Assembly: GCA_013378385.1 (NCBI GenBank) | Contig: JACAFS010000003.1 | Coordinates: 1-32,000 of the forward strand | Direction: 5' to 3' | Source: Nitrososphaerota archaeon | GTDB lineage: Archaea; Thermoproteota; Nitrososphaeria; Nitrososphaerales; UBA57 | DNA: 32,000 bases | Shown: in pieces, positions 7,309-16,460 of the stretch | Position numbering within the stretch: position 1 is the stretch's first letter | Layout of the letters: each line of letters begins with the position of its first letter | The notes under the pieces: generated by a model | Told to the model about the DNA's origin: nothing | Seen by the model: the letters and a program-made list of their open reading frames with translations, nothing else | Database searches by the model: none | Made by a program: the position numbers and the translations under genes

Positions 7309-8000
7309 TTCTTTGTTAATTCCTCTTTAGGTTTTATATCTTTTTCCGCCTTAGCTTCTTTAGCTGGCTTTTCTTCCGCCTTAGCTTCTTTAGCTGGCTT
7401 TTCTTCCGCCTTAGCTTCTTTAGCTGGCTTTTCTTCTACTTTACCATTTACTTCTTCTTTTTCATCTGGGTTTCCATATGCATCACTTTTTAATTCTTTT
7501 ACTGCTATCTCTTGAAGTACAAATGTACTATTATCTGTCATTTTTATCAACGGTTCTTCATTACGTGTTACTGTATAACTTGGTATTGTTATTCTGTTCT
7601 CTCCAATTGCTATATGACCATGTGTAATTAATTGTCGTGATTGATGTGGAGTTCTAGCTAATCCTTTTTTTAATACTACTGTCTGTAATCTTCTCTCCAA
7701 AAAATTCGAAACATTAAGAGCTAATACATTATCTAACGTTGCATCTTCAGTAACAATACCTTTCCTTGTTAGTGATGATAATAAAACCGGTTCTCTTGCC
7801 GTTCTAATCTCGGTCGTTGCAGCTAAAAGTTGTCTAGCTTGTTTTCTAATTCTTGATAATTCAGTAGATGCTACATGAAGTTCTTTTTTATTTCTTAAAC
7901 CAAAATTACCAACTAGTTCTAATTCTTCTTTTAATAGATTTCGTTGCCATGGATTTCTAGGTCTGGCAGATTTCTTTCGTGAATATTTTGGATCTCCCAT
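7305..8000 (-). CDS. rps4: 30S ribosomal protein S4 (uS4) with a repeat-containing charged C-terminal extension
   Basis: N-terminal '[18 protein letters not shown]' plus an S4 RNA-binding domain. The last ~55 aa form an extension containing 3x [10 protein letters not shown]. Confidence 0.95.
   Translation of the reverse strand: MGDPKYSRKKSARPRNPWQRNLLKEELELVGNFGLRNKKELHVASTELSRIRKQARQLLAATTEIRTAREPVLLSSLTRKGIVTEDATLDNVLALNVSNFLERRLQTVVLKKGLARTPHQSRQLITHGHIAIGENRITIPSYTVTRNEEPLIKMTDNSTFVLQEIAVKELKSDAYGNPDEKEEVNGKVEEKPAKEAKAEEKPAKEAKAEEKPAKEAKAEKDIKPKEELTKK
7346..7435 (-). repeat. 3 perfect tandem copies of a 30-bp unit inside the rps4 3' end
   Basis: Plus-strand unit ccgccttagcttctttagctggcttttctt occurs at 7346, 7376 and 7406. 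On the coding strand it reads aagaaaagccagctaaagaagctaaggcgg, which encodes the [10 protein letters not shown] repeats. Confidence 0.95.
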
Positions 8001-8004
8001 TTAA

Positions 8005-8469
8005 CTAACTCGCCTTTCCTGGTTTTAGTGTTGATTTACGTACACCCACAACTTTTCCAGCTCTTCCAGTACATCTTGTTCTTTGACCTCTTACTTTCAA
8101 GTTTAATGAATGTCTTGTTCCTCTCCAGCTTTGCAAAATTCTTTCTAAGTCTATATCTTGTTTCTTTGCTACAATCAAATCTGTTTCTATATTGTGTGAA
8201 TTTTTACCAGTTTGCATATCTTTTCGACGATTTAGATTAAATTCAGGATATTTCTCGCCCATATTTTTAATATTTTCTTCTATAGAATTAATCTGCTCAT
8301 CAGTCAACATTCCCATTCTTAAATTTTTGTCTATTCCTAGTGATTTTACCATGTAATGTGCTAGATTATTGCCTATTCCTTTAACATTTGAGAGAGATTG
8401 GACTACTTTCTTTGTGCCACTCACGTCTCTTCCCATTATTCTTACTATGTACTTGAATTCGGTCGACAA
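8005..8469 (-). CDS. rps13: 30S ribosomal protein S13 (uS13)
   Basis: 154 aa. 'EFKYIVRIMGRDVSGTKKV...VKGIGNNLA' is typical of archaeal uS13. TTG start (plus-strand caa at 8467-8469). Confidence 0.94.
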   Translation of the reverse strand: MSTEFKYIVRIMGRDVSGTKKVVQSLSNVKGIGNNLAHYMVKSLGIDKNLRMGMLTDEQINSIEENIKNMGEKYPEFNLNRRKDMQTGKNSHNIETDLIVAKKQDIDLERILQSWRGTRHSLNLKVRGQRTRCTGRAGKVVGVRKSTLKPGKAS

Positions 8470-8573
8470 TTTTATAATTATGTAGATGATGCCTCTAATT
8501 AATCTTTATCGAAAAATGATAAGGTTTTAATTACAATATTCTGCGTTTACTAGGGTATTAAGGAGACGTAAAT
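8470..8573. promoter_or_regulatory. divergent intergenic region between rps13 and rpoD (candidate bidirectional promoter; SD-like AGGAG before rpoD)
   Basis: AT-rich 104-bp spacer. It holds a TATA-like 'ttttaatta' at about 8525-8533 and an 'aggag' at 8561-8565, 8 nt before the rpoD ATG. TATA-like 'ttaattag/ataattataaaa' elements face rps13. No transcript data are available. Confidence 0.35.
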
Positions 8574-9209
8574 ATGGCAACCATCAAAATCTTAGAATCA
8601 TCTGATTCACACGTAAAGTTACTGCTAAAAGGCATAGATAGAGTTTATGCTAATGCATTGAGACGCTTTGCTATTAGTGAAGTTCCATGTATGGCCGTAG
8701 ACGAAATAGTAATTCATGAGAATTCTTCAGTTTTATATGACGAAATACTTGCTCATCGTTTAGGACTAATTCCTCTAACTACTGATTTAGAAGGATACAT
8801 ACTACCAGAAGATTGTTCTTGTAAGACATCTTTGGGTTGTACTAAATGTCGGGTTTTATTAGTTCTTGATGCTGTTGCTACCGACGAAGTAAAAACTATT
8901 TACTCTGGAGATCTCGTATCTGAAGACACTCGCGTTAAACCTCATCTTGATAATATTCCAATTGTGAAACTTGCACCAACTCAAAAAATAAAATTAGAAG
9001 CCTATGCAAAGCTAGGTAAAGGACGTAATCATGCTAAATGGCAACCTGCTACTGTTTCTACACTTACCGATACTGATAATGCATCTGAATTTCATCTTAC
9101 AATAGAATCAAATGGAAGTTTACCTGCAAAAGAAATATTATTACAAGCTACAAATATATTAAATACGAAATTAAAGAATATGACTGAAACAATTAAGGAA
9201 TCTGCATGA
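8574..9209 (+). CDS. rpoD: DNA-directed RNA polymerase subunit D (Rpo3)
   Basis: 211 aa. 'VYANALRRFAISEVPCMAVDEIVIHENSSVLYDEILAHRLGLIPL' is the alpha-like dimerisation motif. Contains a four-Cys cluster, CSCKTSLGCTKC. Confidence 0.94.
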   Translation: MATIKILESSDSHVKLLLKGIDRVYANALRRFAISEVPCMAVDEIVIHENSSVLYDEILAHRLGLIPLTTDLEGYILPEDCSCKTSLGCTKCRVLLVLDAVATDEVKTIYSGDLVSEDTRVKPHLDNIPIVKLAPTQKIKLEAYAKLGKGRNHAKWQPATVSTLTDTDNASEFHLTIESNGSLPAKEILLQATNILNTKLKNMTETIKESA

Positions 9210-9210
9210 A

Positions 9211-9543
9211 ATGACATTTGATGATTATCGTATTGAATCAATAAAACGCATTGCGCGAAAAAACCACGCAAAAATCTGGACTAATGTTGTACAAAGACTT
9301 GAACAAAAACATGAAATTAATGTTGGAAAATTATCTAAGGTTACAAAAACAGGTGACGTTATCGCTGTTCCAGGTAAAGTTCTTGGAGCTGGTGTAATTC
9401 AACATTCAATCACTATTGGCGCTGTATCTTTCTCTGAAAGTGCAAAAGAAAAAATTAAGAGTGCCGGTGGAACAATTATGTTGATTGAAAAACTTGTTGA
9501 AACAAATCCTGATGGAAAAGGTGTAAAGATTTTTGTTGGCTGA
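9211..9543 (+). CDS. rpl18e: 50S ribosomal protein L18e (eL18)
   Basis: 110 aa. Sits in the conserved position after rpoD. 'VPGKVLGAG...ISFSESAKEKIKSAGG' is typical of L18e. Confidence 0.9.
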   Translation: MTFDDYRIESIKRIARKNHAKIWTNVVQRLEQKHEINVGKLSKVTKTGDVIAVPGKVLGAGVIQHSITIGAVSFSESAKEKIKSAGGTIMLIEKLVETNPDGKGVKIFVG

Positions 9544-9985
9544 TTCTGAATCCACTATTGTAGTTAATGGGGATAAACATCTTGCAGGACGTTTATGCTC
9601 TGTAGTTGCTAAAATGTTGTTAAATGGCAATCGTGTTGCATTAGTTAACGCTGAAAAAATTCTTATGTCTGGCAGTAGAGCGAATATTCTTAAGGAAAAT
9701 GAATTGCGACTAGAAATCACTAGCCGTGTACATCCAAAACATGGTCCTTTCCATCCTAGACGTCCTGATACATATATAGAAAAAATGGTTAGAGGTATGC
9801 TTCCTTATAAAAAACCTAAAGGTAATGCAGCTAAAAAACGCCTACGTGTATATATCTCAATTCCAGAAAAATACCAAAAAGCCGAACATAAAACCATTGA
9901 GACTGCATTAGCGCCAAGGTCATTATCTTATTATACTACGATTGGTGAATTATGTTCATCTATGGGATGGAGAAAATTAGAATGA
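9533..9985 (+). CDS. rpl13: 50S ribosomal protein L13 (uL13)
   Basis: 150 aa. 'LAGRLCSVVAKMLLNG..V.LVNAEKI..SG' and 'MLPYKKPKG..A.KRLRVY' are typical of uL13. TTG start overlaps the L18e 3' end. Confidence 0.93.
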   Translation: MLADSESTIVVNGDKHLAGRLCSVVAKMLLNGNRVALVNAEKILMSGSRANILKENELRLEITSRVHPKHGPFHPRRPDTYIEKMVRGMLPYKKPKGNAAKKRLRVYISIPEKYQKAEHKTIETALAPRSLSYYTTIGELCSSMGWRKLE

Positions 9986-10386
9986 AAAAGAAATCCACAT
10001 TAATACCTGCTTCCAGAAAAACTGCTAAAGCTACTGCTGTAATTAGTCGAGGAACTGGTAAGGTGTTCATAAACAAAACTCCTGTTGAAATTATTACTCC
10101 ATTAATGGCAAGAGAAAGAATGTTAACCCCTCTAGAATTGATTGGCGATCAAAGAGATAAAGTCGATATTAATATTCGAGTCTCTGGCGGTGGATATATG
10201 GGTCAAGCTGAAGCATGTGCAATTGCGATATCAAGAGCGTTAATATCCCATCTTAAAACTAAAGATATTAAGACTCGAATTTCTGAATTCGATAAACATC
10301 TTCTTTCTGGAGATTCTCGTCGAAGCGAATCAAAGAAATTTGGCGGTCCAGGCGCACGAAGAAGAAAACAAAAATCGTACAGATAG
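9982..10386 (+). CDS. rps9: 30S ribosomal protein S9 (uS9)
   Basis: 'SRKTAKATAVISRGTGKVFINKTPVE' and the C-terminal 'GGPGARRRKQKSYR' are typical of uS9. I prefer ATG 9982 (ATGA overlap with the L13 stop, 134 aa) over the ORF-track start at 9952. Confidence 0.93.
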   Translation: MKKKSTLIPASRKTAKATAVISRGTGKVFINKTPVEIITPLMARERMLTPLELIGDQRDKVDINIRVSGGGYMGQAEACAIAISRALISHLKTKDIKTRISEFDKHLLSGDSRRSESKKFGGPGARRRKQKSYR

Positions 10387-10403
10387 GTTGTTGATATTTA
10401 TCC

Positions 10404-10634
10404 TTGATTATTCCAGTTCGTTGTTTTAGTTGTGGCACAGTTGTTGCAGATAAACTTGAAACTTTAGAATCTCGAACATCTAATGGAGAAAGTCCTGCAG
10501 ATATTCTTAACGATCTTGGGGTTACAAGATATTGTTGTAGAAGAATGTTATTATCTAATTCTAATGTAATTGATCAAATAATTCAATATCACGAGAGCCT
10601 CCATGATAAGAGAGTGGAATTCGATTTTTCCTAA
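10404..10634 (+). CDS. rpoN: DNA-directed RNA polymerase subunit N (Rpo10)
   Basis: 'MIIPVRCFSCGTVVA...RYCCRRMLLS' is the universal Rpo10/RPB10 zinc motif. The initiator sits on a TTG codon exactly at the conserved Met position. Confidence 0.94.
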   Translation: MIIPVRCFSCGTVVADKLETLESRTSNGESPADILNDLGVTRYCCRRMLLSNSNVIDQIIQYHESLHDKRVEFDFS

Positions 10635-10662
10635 TTGTATATACTTGAGGCAATACTAATTC

Positions 10663-11928
10663 ATGACAAAAATTACTGATATTAAATCCCGTTTAATTTA
10701 TAATAGCCGTGGCAGTGAAACCATCGAAGTTGACGTATATGCTGATGACATTGTAGGTACTGCTTCATCCCCCGCTGGCGCTAGCGTTGGTAAATTCGAG
10801 GCCGTTTCTTTTAGAAACTCAAAATGTCAAGATACCATCGAATATCTTGATAAATATAAATCTCATTTGATTGGCGCTGATACTTCTGATATATACAATC
10901 TTAAGAATATCTTAAAAGAAGCCGATAAGACCGATAATTATTCCAATATAGGAGGTTCAGCTGCATATGCAATATCACTTGCATCTGTTGACGCAGCTTC
11001 TCAGATTCTTAATAAACCAATTTATGAAATACTTCTGAATGGAAAGCCAGCTGAAATGCCTCTGCCTTTAGGAAACGTTCTAGGCGGTGGTATGCATGCA
11101 GGAAATGGCTCTACTGATATTCAAGAATTTCTTTCTTACCCTCTTGGCGCTGATTCAATACGTTCTGGAATACAAGCTAATTTGATGGTTCATAAAGAAA
11201 TCAAGAAAATTATTGATAAGAAAGACTCGAAATTTTCTGGCGGAAAAGGCGACGAGGGAGCATGGGCACCACAATTATCGAATACTGAAGCACTTGAAGT
11301 TGCCCAAGAAGCAATTAATACAGTGTCAGACATAGTTGGATTCGAAATTAGATTAGGGTTAGACGTTGCATCTTCTTCTCTTTGGAATCCCGATAAGGAA
11401 CTATACGTATACTCTCGTGAAAATAAAACTCGTAACACTGAAGAACAAATCGCTTATGTTCTTGAACTAATTGAAAAATATAATTTAATCTATATCGAAG
11501 ATCCCTTACACGAAGAGGCTTTTTCCGATTTTACTCAACTCTCATCCAAAAGTGACAATTGCTTAATAGTTGGAGACGATCTCTTTGTTACTAATACATC
11601 TATACTTCAGAAAGGCATAGACCAGAAAGCTGGTAATTCTGTTATTCTTAAAGTAAATCAGGCTGGATCACTAGGTGACGCAATGGAATTTGCGAATTTA
11701 TGTAATAAACATAACTATGCAATTATCTCCTCTCACCGTTCTGGAGATACAGTGGACCGACATCTGGCTCATATTGCAATAGGTTCGGGTTCTGTTATGA
11801 TGAAAAGCGGAGTAGTTGGCGGAGAAAGAATTTCAAAATTAAATGAATTAATTCGAATTGAGGAAACTAACTTTATAACTAATAACATGTCGATGCCTAT
11901 TGCGAGGGTTAAAAAGTATGTCAGTTAA
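10663..11928 (+). CDS. eno: enolase (phosphopyruvate hydratase)
   Basis: 421 aa. 'ITDIKSRLIYNSRGSETIEVDV', 'VGDDLFVTN', 'ILKVNQAGSL' and 'SHRSGDT' are enolase motifs. Confidence 0.95.
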   Translation: MTKITDIKSRLIYNSRGSETIEVDVYADDIVGTASSPAGASVGKFEAVSFRNSKCQDTIEYLDKYKSHLIGADTSDIYNLKNILKEADKTDNYSNIGGSAAYAISLASVDAASQILNKPIYEILLNGKPAEMPLPLGNVLGGGMHAGNGSTDIQEFLSYPLGADSIRSGIQANLMVHKEIKKIIDKKDSKFSGGKGDEGAWAPQLSNTEALEVAQEAINTVSDIVGFEIRLGLDVASSSLWNPDKELYVYSRENKTRNTEEQIAYVLELIEKYNLIYIEDPLHEEAFSDFTQLSSKSDNCLIVGDDLFVTNTSILQKGIDQKAGNSVILKVNQAGSLGDAMEFANLCNKHNYAIISSHRSGDTVDRHLAHIAIGSGSVMMKSGVVGGERISKLNELIRIEETNFITNNMSMPIARVKKYVS

Positions 11929-12583
11929 TTTCGAAACCGAAGATGTTGTAAGCACAGGCGATAATATCGATAGCTCTATCACTAAACATGTATCTGAACA
12001 AGTTCTATTATCTACAGGTATTCGTGTAGGCACTCTTGTTAAAACTAAATCTATGTCTAGTTTTATCAGTAGAACTCGTCCTGATGGACTACATATCATT
12101 GATGTTGCTCAAACTTTACAACGTATTGAATTAGCTTCTAAATTTATTTCTAATTTTGATTCATCCCGTGTTGTTGCCTATTCATCCCGAGAATATGGTA
12201 AAACACCTGTCGCAAAATTCACAGAACTTACTGGCACAATTCCTTTAACAGGAAGATTCATGCCGGGAACTTTTACTAACCCCTTGTATCCTAAACACTT
12301 GGATCCCGAAGCAGTTATAGTAACAGATCCTTCAATGGATCTACAAGCAGTTACTGAAGCTTCTCAAGTTGGTATTCCTGTAATTGCTATATGTGATACT
12401 GATAACCTTACTGAAAATGTTGATCTTGTTATTCCTGCAAATAATAGAGGACGTAAAGCACTCGCTGCAGTTATGTGGTTGTTATCAAGGTCTGTTCTCC
12501 AACAATCAGGTAAATTATCTTTAGACGAATCATTACCATATGCAATTGAAGATTTCGAGACAAAATTAGTAGAAGACGAATAA
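11918..12583 (+). CDS. rps2: 30S ribosomal protein S2 (uS2)
   Basis: 'LLSTGIRVGT...RPDGLHIIDV..T' and 'PVIAICDTDN....VDLVIPANNRG' are typical of archaeal uS2. ATG 11918 is preferred over TTG 11900. It overlaps the enolase 3' end by 11 nt. Confidence 0.93.
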   Translation: MSVNFETEDVVSTGDNIDSSITKHVSEQVLLSTGIRVGTLVKTKSMSSFISRTRPDGLHIIDVAQTLQRIELASKFISNFDSSRVVAYSSREYGKTPVAKFTELTGTIPLTGRFMPGTFTNPLYPKHLDPEAVIVTDPSMDLQAVTEASQVGIPVIAICDTDNLTENVDLVIPANNRGRKALAAVMWLLSRSVLQQSGKLSLDESLPYAIEDFETKLVEDE

Positions 12584-12650
12584 TTCCCATCTTTCTCTAA
12601 TTATAATTACCCGCTGATTTTTATTGTTGTAATGTATTATAAATAGTAAT

Positions 12651-13589
12651 TTGATATCAATTGCAGAAGCTCCAGGTAAAATTATTCTTACAGGGGAACA
12701 TTTTGTTGTTCATGGCTCCCAAGCATTGGCAGCTGCAATAAATAAAAATATACGTATCTCCAGTAGTTTCTCATCACAGAATACTATTAAATATAAAAAT
12801 CAAAAAATTTCTTTAGCGAACTACAATATAAAAAATGATCCTGTTTATATTGTTCGTAATAAAACTCTGGAATATTTGGGGAAAAAAAATACACTCTCTA
12901 TCAACATCGAATCAAACATTCCTCGTGGTTCAGGTTTAGGTTCTTCTAGCGCCTTATGTGTGGCCACTGCTGCTTCCGTTGCATCACTTTTTAATACCAA
13001 ACTTGACCGAAAAACTCTATTTAATCTTGCTATGCATGGGGAAAAGAAAATTCACGGTAATCCCTCAGGAATCGACGTTGCCACCAGTATAATGGGAGGA
13101 CTCATATCATTTCGTAAAGGCTATGATCCTAAACGTATTAATCTTAAGTATAATCCTGAATTAATTGTATCAATTAGCGGCAAACGCCGAAAAACATCAA
13201 ATATGATAAATAAATTTACCAATCTTCGAAATGAAAAACCATATTCTTTTCATAGTTTAGTAAACTCGTCTAATACATTGACTAAAAAAACATTATCGGC
13301 ACTCTCACAAAAAGACTATCTTTCTGTTGGTTCCTATTTTAATTTCTTTAATTCCACTCTGAATTATTTCGGTCTAAGTTCTACTGTAACTGATAATATG
13401 ATAGAAAAATGTCTCGAGTTAGGATCTTATGGAGCGAAAATTACTGGCGGAGGCGGAGGCGGTTCCATTATTGCTATCTCACCATCTAAATATATTAACG
13501 TAATTATTGACGAATTAAATAATATGAACTTTGAAACATTTTCTGTAAAAATTCCACAACAAGGTGTAAAGGTATGGTCAATAAATTAA
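12651..13589 (+). CDS. mvk: mevalonate kinase (GHMP kinase)
   Basis: 'APGKIILTGEHFVVHG', 'PRGSGLGSSSA' and 'KITGGGGGGS' are the three GHMP/MVK motifs. TTG start. Confidence 0.92.
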   Translation: MISIAEAPGKIILTGEHFVVHGSQALAAAINKNIRISSSFSSQNTIKYKNQKISLANYNIKNDPVYIVRNKTLEYLGKKNTLSINIESNIPRGSGLGSSSALCVATAASVASLFNTKLDRKTLFNLAMHGEKKIHGNPSGIDVATSIMGGLISFRKGYDPKRINLKYNPELIVSISGKRRKTSNMINKFTNLRNEKPYSFHSLVNSSNTLTKKTLSALSQKDYLSVGSYFNFFNSTLNYFGLSSTVTDNMIEKCLELGSYGAKITGGGGGGSIIAISPSKYINVIIDELNNMNFETFSVKIPQQGVKVWSIN

Positions 13590-14335
13590 CAATTCTTAAA
13601 TTAGGTGGCTCTGTAATCACTAAAAAATCCAAAGCGCTTACATTTAATCGTAATTCTGTTGAAAAACTATCTAAAGTAATTAAAAAATTCAACGAACCTT
13701 TGATTATTGTTCATGGAGCAGGTTCCTTTGGACATTATTACGCTAAACGTTACGGAATCTCTAGTAAACCTACAAGATCTACTAAACATGTTGTAAAAAT
13801 TCGAGATTCTATGCAATCATTAAATCGTAAGCTTGTCGAAATATTTCATCAAAACGGTGTTGACACATTTTCTTTTTCACCCATTTACATGTATCATAAT
13901 AGAAAAATTCCGAATATCTGGAAAAATACATTACAAAAAAGTATTTCTTTTGATTTAGTTCCAATGACCTTTGGGGATGTATTACTTGGTAATAATGGAT
14001 TCTATATTCATTCTGGCGATCTTATTGTATATGATCTCTGTAAGTTACTAAATCCAAAACGTGTTATTTTTGCATCAAATATTGATGGCATATACCAAAA
14101 TCTCGATGATAATTCTAGTTTAGTTCCTATAATTAAGAACAATAAGAATAATCTTAAATTTTCTAAAATCAATTATGATGTTACTGGTGGTATTAAAACG
14201 AAAATAACTCAAAGTCTAAAAATTGCTAATCTTGGCATTGAAGTTCAGATTACTAATGGATTGAACTCTAAAAATTTAATCAAAGCATTAAAGGGCGAGC
14301 ATATCGGAACATTATTTATCGGTGATAAACATTGA
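13574..14335 (+). CDS. ipk: isopentenyl phosphate kinase (amino-acid-kinase fold)
   Basis: 'ILKLGGSVITKK' and 'IVHGAGSFGH' are IPK signatures, with 'DVTGGI' later in the protein. 16-nt overlap with mvk. Confidence 0.9.
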   Translation: MVNKLTILKLGGSVITKKSKALTFNRNSVEKLSKVIKKFNEPLIIVHGAGSFGHYYAKRYGISSKPTRSTKHVVKIRDSMQSLNRKLVEIFHQNGVDTFSFSPIYMYHNRKIPNIWKNTLQKSISFDLVPMTFGDVLLGNNGFYIHSGDLIVYDLCKLLNPKRVIFASNIDGIYQNLDDNSSLVPIIKNNKNNLKFSKINYDVTGGIKTKITQSLKIANLGIEVQITNGLNSKNLIKALKGEHIGTLFIGDKH

Positions 14336-15414
14336 GTAAAAAAAGTCCTAAAAATATTATTGAGGATCGTAAAAAAGAAGGTATTGAACTCGCATTAAAA
14401 AATACTAGTGCAATGACTAAAACAACACTTCTGGAATGTGTGGAATTGCTGCATTGTGCTCTACCTGAAATCAATTTCGATGACATTAATACATCTACAA
14501 AATTCCTTGGCCATAATCTTAAATTTCCTTTTTTAATAGATTCAATGACTGGTGGTACTCCAGCTGCCCAAAAAATCAATACTAGATTGGCACAGGCTGC
14601 TGAAGAATTTGGTATTGGTATGGGTGTTGGTAGCCAAAGAGCTGGTTTATTGTCTAACAAACTTGCCGAAAGCTTTAAAGTTGTACGAAAAAATGCCCCT
14701 AATGCATTTATCTTCTCAAATATAGGAGGCGCGCAACTTTCTCAAGGACTTGATTATCAATCAATAAAAAAATTATTGCAAATGATTGACGCTGACGCGT
14801 TAGCTATTCATCTTAATCCTCTACAAGAACTTGTTCAACCTGAAGGCGAATCTAATTATCTGTCTGTATTATCTAGAATTGACGAACTCTCTTCTGATTT
14901 GGACGTTCCTATAATTGTTAAAGAAGTTGGTTCAGGAATATCTCCATCTGTGGCTAAAAAATTATCTGCAACTAAAATTGGCGCAATAAATGTTGCGGGA
15001 ATGGGAGGCACTAGTTGGGCAGGTATAGAACAAATACGAGCAAAGAAATTTAATAATAAGCAGAAATCTAACCTTGGTCTTTTATTTTGGGATTGGGGTA
15101 TCCCTACTGCTGCTACTATATTCCTTACTCGTAATTCTGTGAAAACTCCTATTATCGCATCTGGAGGTTTACGTAATGGACTGGATCTTGCTAAAACTAT
15201 AACGCTTGGCGCTGATGTCGGAGGATTTGCTCGTCCTATGCTTACACCTGCGTCTAAATCATATAATTCCCTAAAAGATTTCATTAATCAATTAATATTA
15301 GAACTTAAATCAACTATGTTTTTGGTTGGCGCTAAAAATATTGATGACCTTAAATCTATTGAGTACATTACGACTGAACCACTTACTAGTTGGATATCAA
15401 AGGTTCGTAAATAA
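14332..15414 (+). CDS. fni: type 2 isopentenyl-diphosphate delta-isomerase (FMN-dependent)
   Basis: 360 aa TIM-barrel. 'MTGGT', 'GVGSQRA', 'VKEVGSGIS', 'NVAGMGGTSWA' and 'ASGGLRNGLD' are typical of IDI-2. TTG start overlaps the ipk stop. Confidence 0.92.
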   Translation: MSKKSPKNIIEDRKKEGIELALKNTSAMTKTTLLECVELLHCALPEINFDDINTSTKFLGHNLKFPFLIDSMTGGTPAAQKINTRLAQAAEEFGIGMGVGSQRAGLLSNKLAESFKVVRKNAPNAFIFSNIGGAQLSQGLDYQSIKKLLQMIDADALAIHLNPLQELVQPEGESNYLSVLSRIDELSSDLDVPIIVKEVGSGISPSVAKKLSATKIGAINVAGMGGTSWAGIEQIRAKKFNNKQKSNLGLLFWDWGIPTAATIFLTRNSVKTPIIASGGLRNGLDLAKTITLGADVGGFARPMLTPASKSYNSLKDFINQLILELKSTMFLVGAKNIDDLKSIEYITTEPLTSWISKVRK

Positions 15415-16457
15415 TGACACACAATATTGCTGATATACTATCTGAACCTGAAATACAAGCAAACAAAAAACTTATCGACGAGATTATAATTAATTTTCTC
15501 CCATCAAATCATGGAATACAAGAAATTGATTTGTTGTATAATATGATGCGCGATTATCCATTACGTCCTGCTAAAGGAATACGTTCATCAATCTGTTTAT
15601 TTACTTCTCAAGCATTCGGTGGCACAATCGACGACGCTCTTTTTACTGCTTCATCACTAGAATTATTTCAAAATTGGATTTTAATTCATGATGACATTGA
15701 AGATGAATCTGAATTACGACGTGGACAACCAGTTCTACATCGTAAACATACTATTCCACTTGCAATAAATGCAGGTGATTCACTTCACGGCAGAATGTGG
15801 TCTCTATTACAAAAAAATCATTCATTATTAGGTGCTGAGCTAACGCTAGATATTATTAATGAATTCATTCATATGCTAAATGAAACCACTGAAGGACAAC
15901 ATATGGAATTATCCTGGTCTCAAAATAACGACTTGAATATATCTCAAGAAGATTATCTAGTTATGTGTACTAAAAAAACTTCATGGTATACTTGTATCAC
16001 TCCATTTCGACTCGGCAATCTGATTGCAGAAAAAAAGAACATTAATACAAATAAATTTGTAGAATTTGGCACTAATCTAGGAATTGCTTTTCAAATTCGT
16101 GACGATATTCTTAATCTTACTGCAGATAGTAAGTATGGAAAAGAATATGCAGGAGATTTAATTGAAGGTAAGCGCACTTTGATTCTTATTCATCTTTTAG
16201 AATCTTGTAATACTTCTGATCGAGAATTTATTGAATCCTTTTTTAATAATAACCGTGAATTCCGTGAAAGTAATTCTAAAAAATTACTAGATTTAATTTC
16301 TAAATATAAATCAATAGATTATGCAACTAACATTTGTAACGAACTTTCAGATAAGGCACTAAATGAATTCGATACTATCTTTTCTGATTTGCCTGATACT
16401 AGGTCTCGTTTATTATTGAATAATATTACTAAATACATGGTTTCCAGGAACTGGTAA
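15414..16457 (+). CDS. idsA: short-chain polyprenyl (geranylgeranyl) diphosphate synthase
   Basis: First Asp-rich motif 'LIHDDIEDESELRRGQP' and second motif 'FQIRDDILN'. A bulky Trp lies 5 residues before the first motif, which fits a short-chain product. 1-nt overlap with fni. Confidence 0.88.
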   Translation: MTHNIADILSEPEIQANKKLIDEIIINFLPSNHGIQEIDLLYNMMRDYPLRPAKGIRSSICLFTSQAFGGTIDDALFTASSLELFQNWILIHDDIEDESELRRGQPVLHRKHTIPLAINAGDSLHGRMWSLLQKNHSLLGAELTLDIINEFIHMLNETTEGQHMELSWSQNNDLNISQEDYLVMCTKKTSWYTCITPFRLGNLIAEKKNINTNKFVEFGTNLGIAFQIRDDILNLTADSKYGKEYAGDLIEGKRTLILIHLLESCNTSDREFIESFFNNNREFRESNSKKLLDLISKYKSIDYATNICNELSDKALNEFDTIFSDLPDTRSRLLLNNITKYMVSRNW

Positions 16458-16460
16458 ATC

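Noticed and set aside
9952-9981. N-terminal extensions proposed by the ORF track for S9 (9952), S2 (11900), L7Ae (25421) and aIF5B (26679).
   Set aside because: In each case a downstream ATG gives the conserved N-terminal length. For S9 it also gives a classic ATGA stop/start overlap. The upstream alternative-start extensions add non-conserved residues.
13446-13462. A GC-rich simple repeat, ggcggaggcggaggcgg, in an otherwise AT-rich context.
   Set aside because: It encodes the conserved GHMP-kinase glycine-rich motif (KITGGGGGGS) of mevalonate kinase. The repeat follows from the Gly codons.
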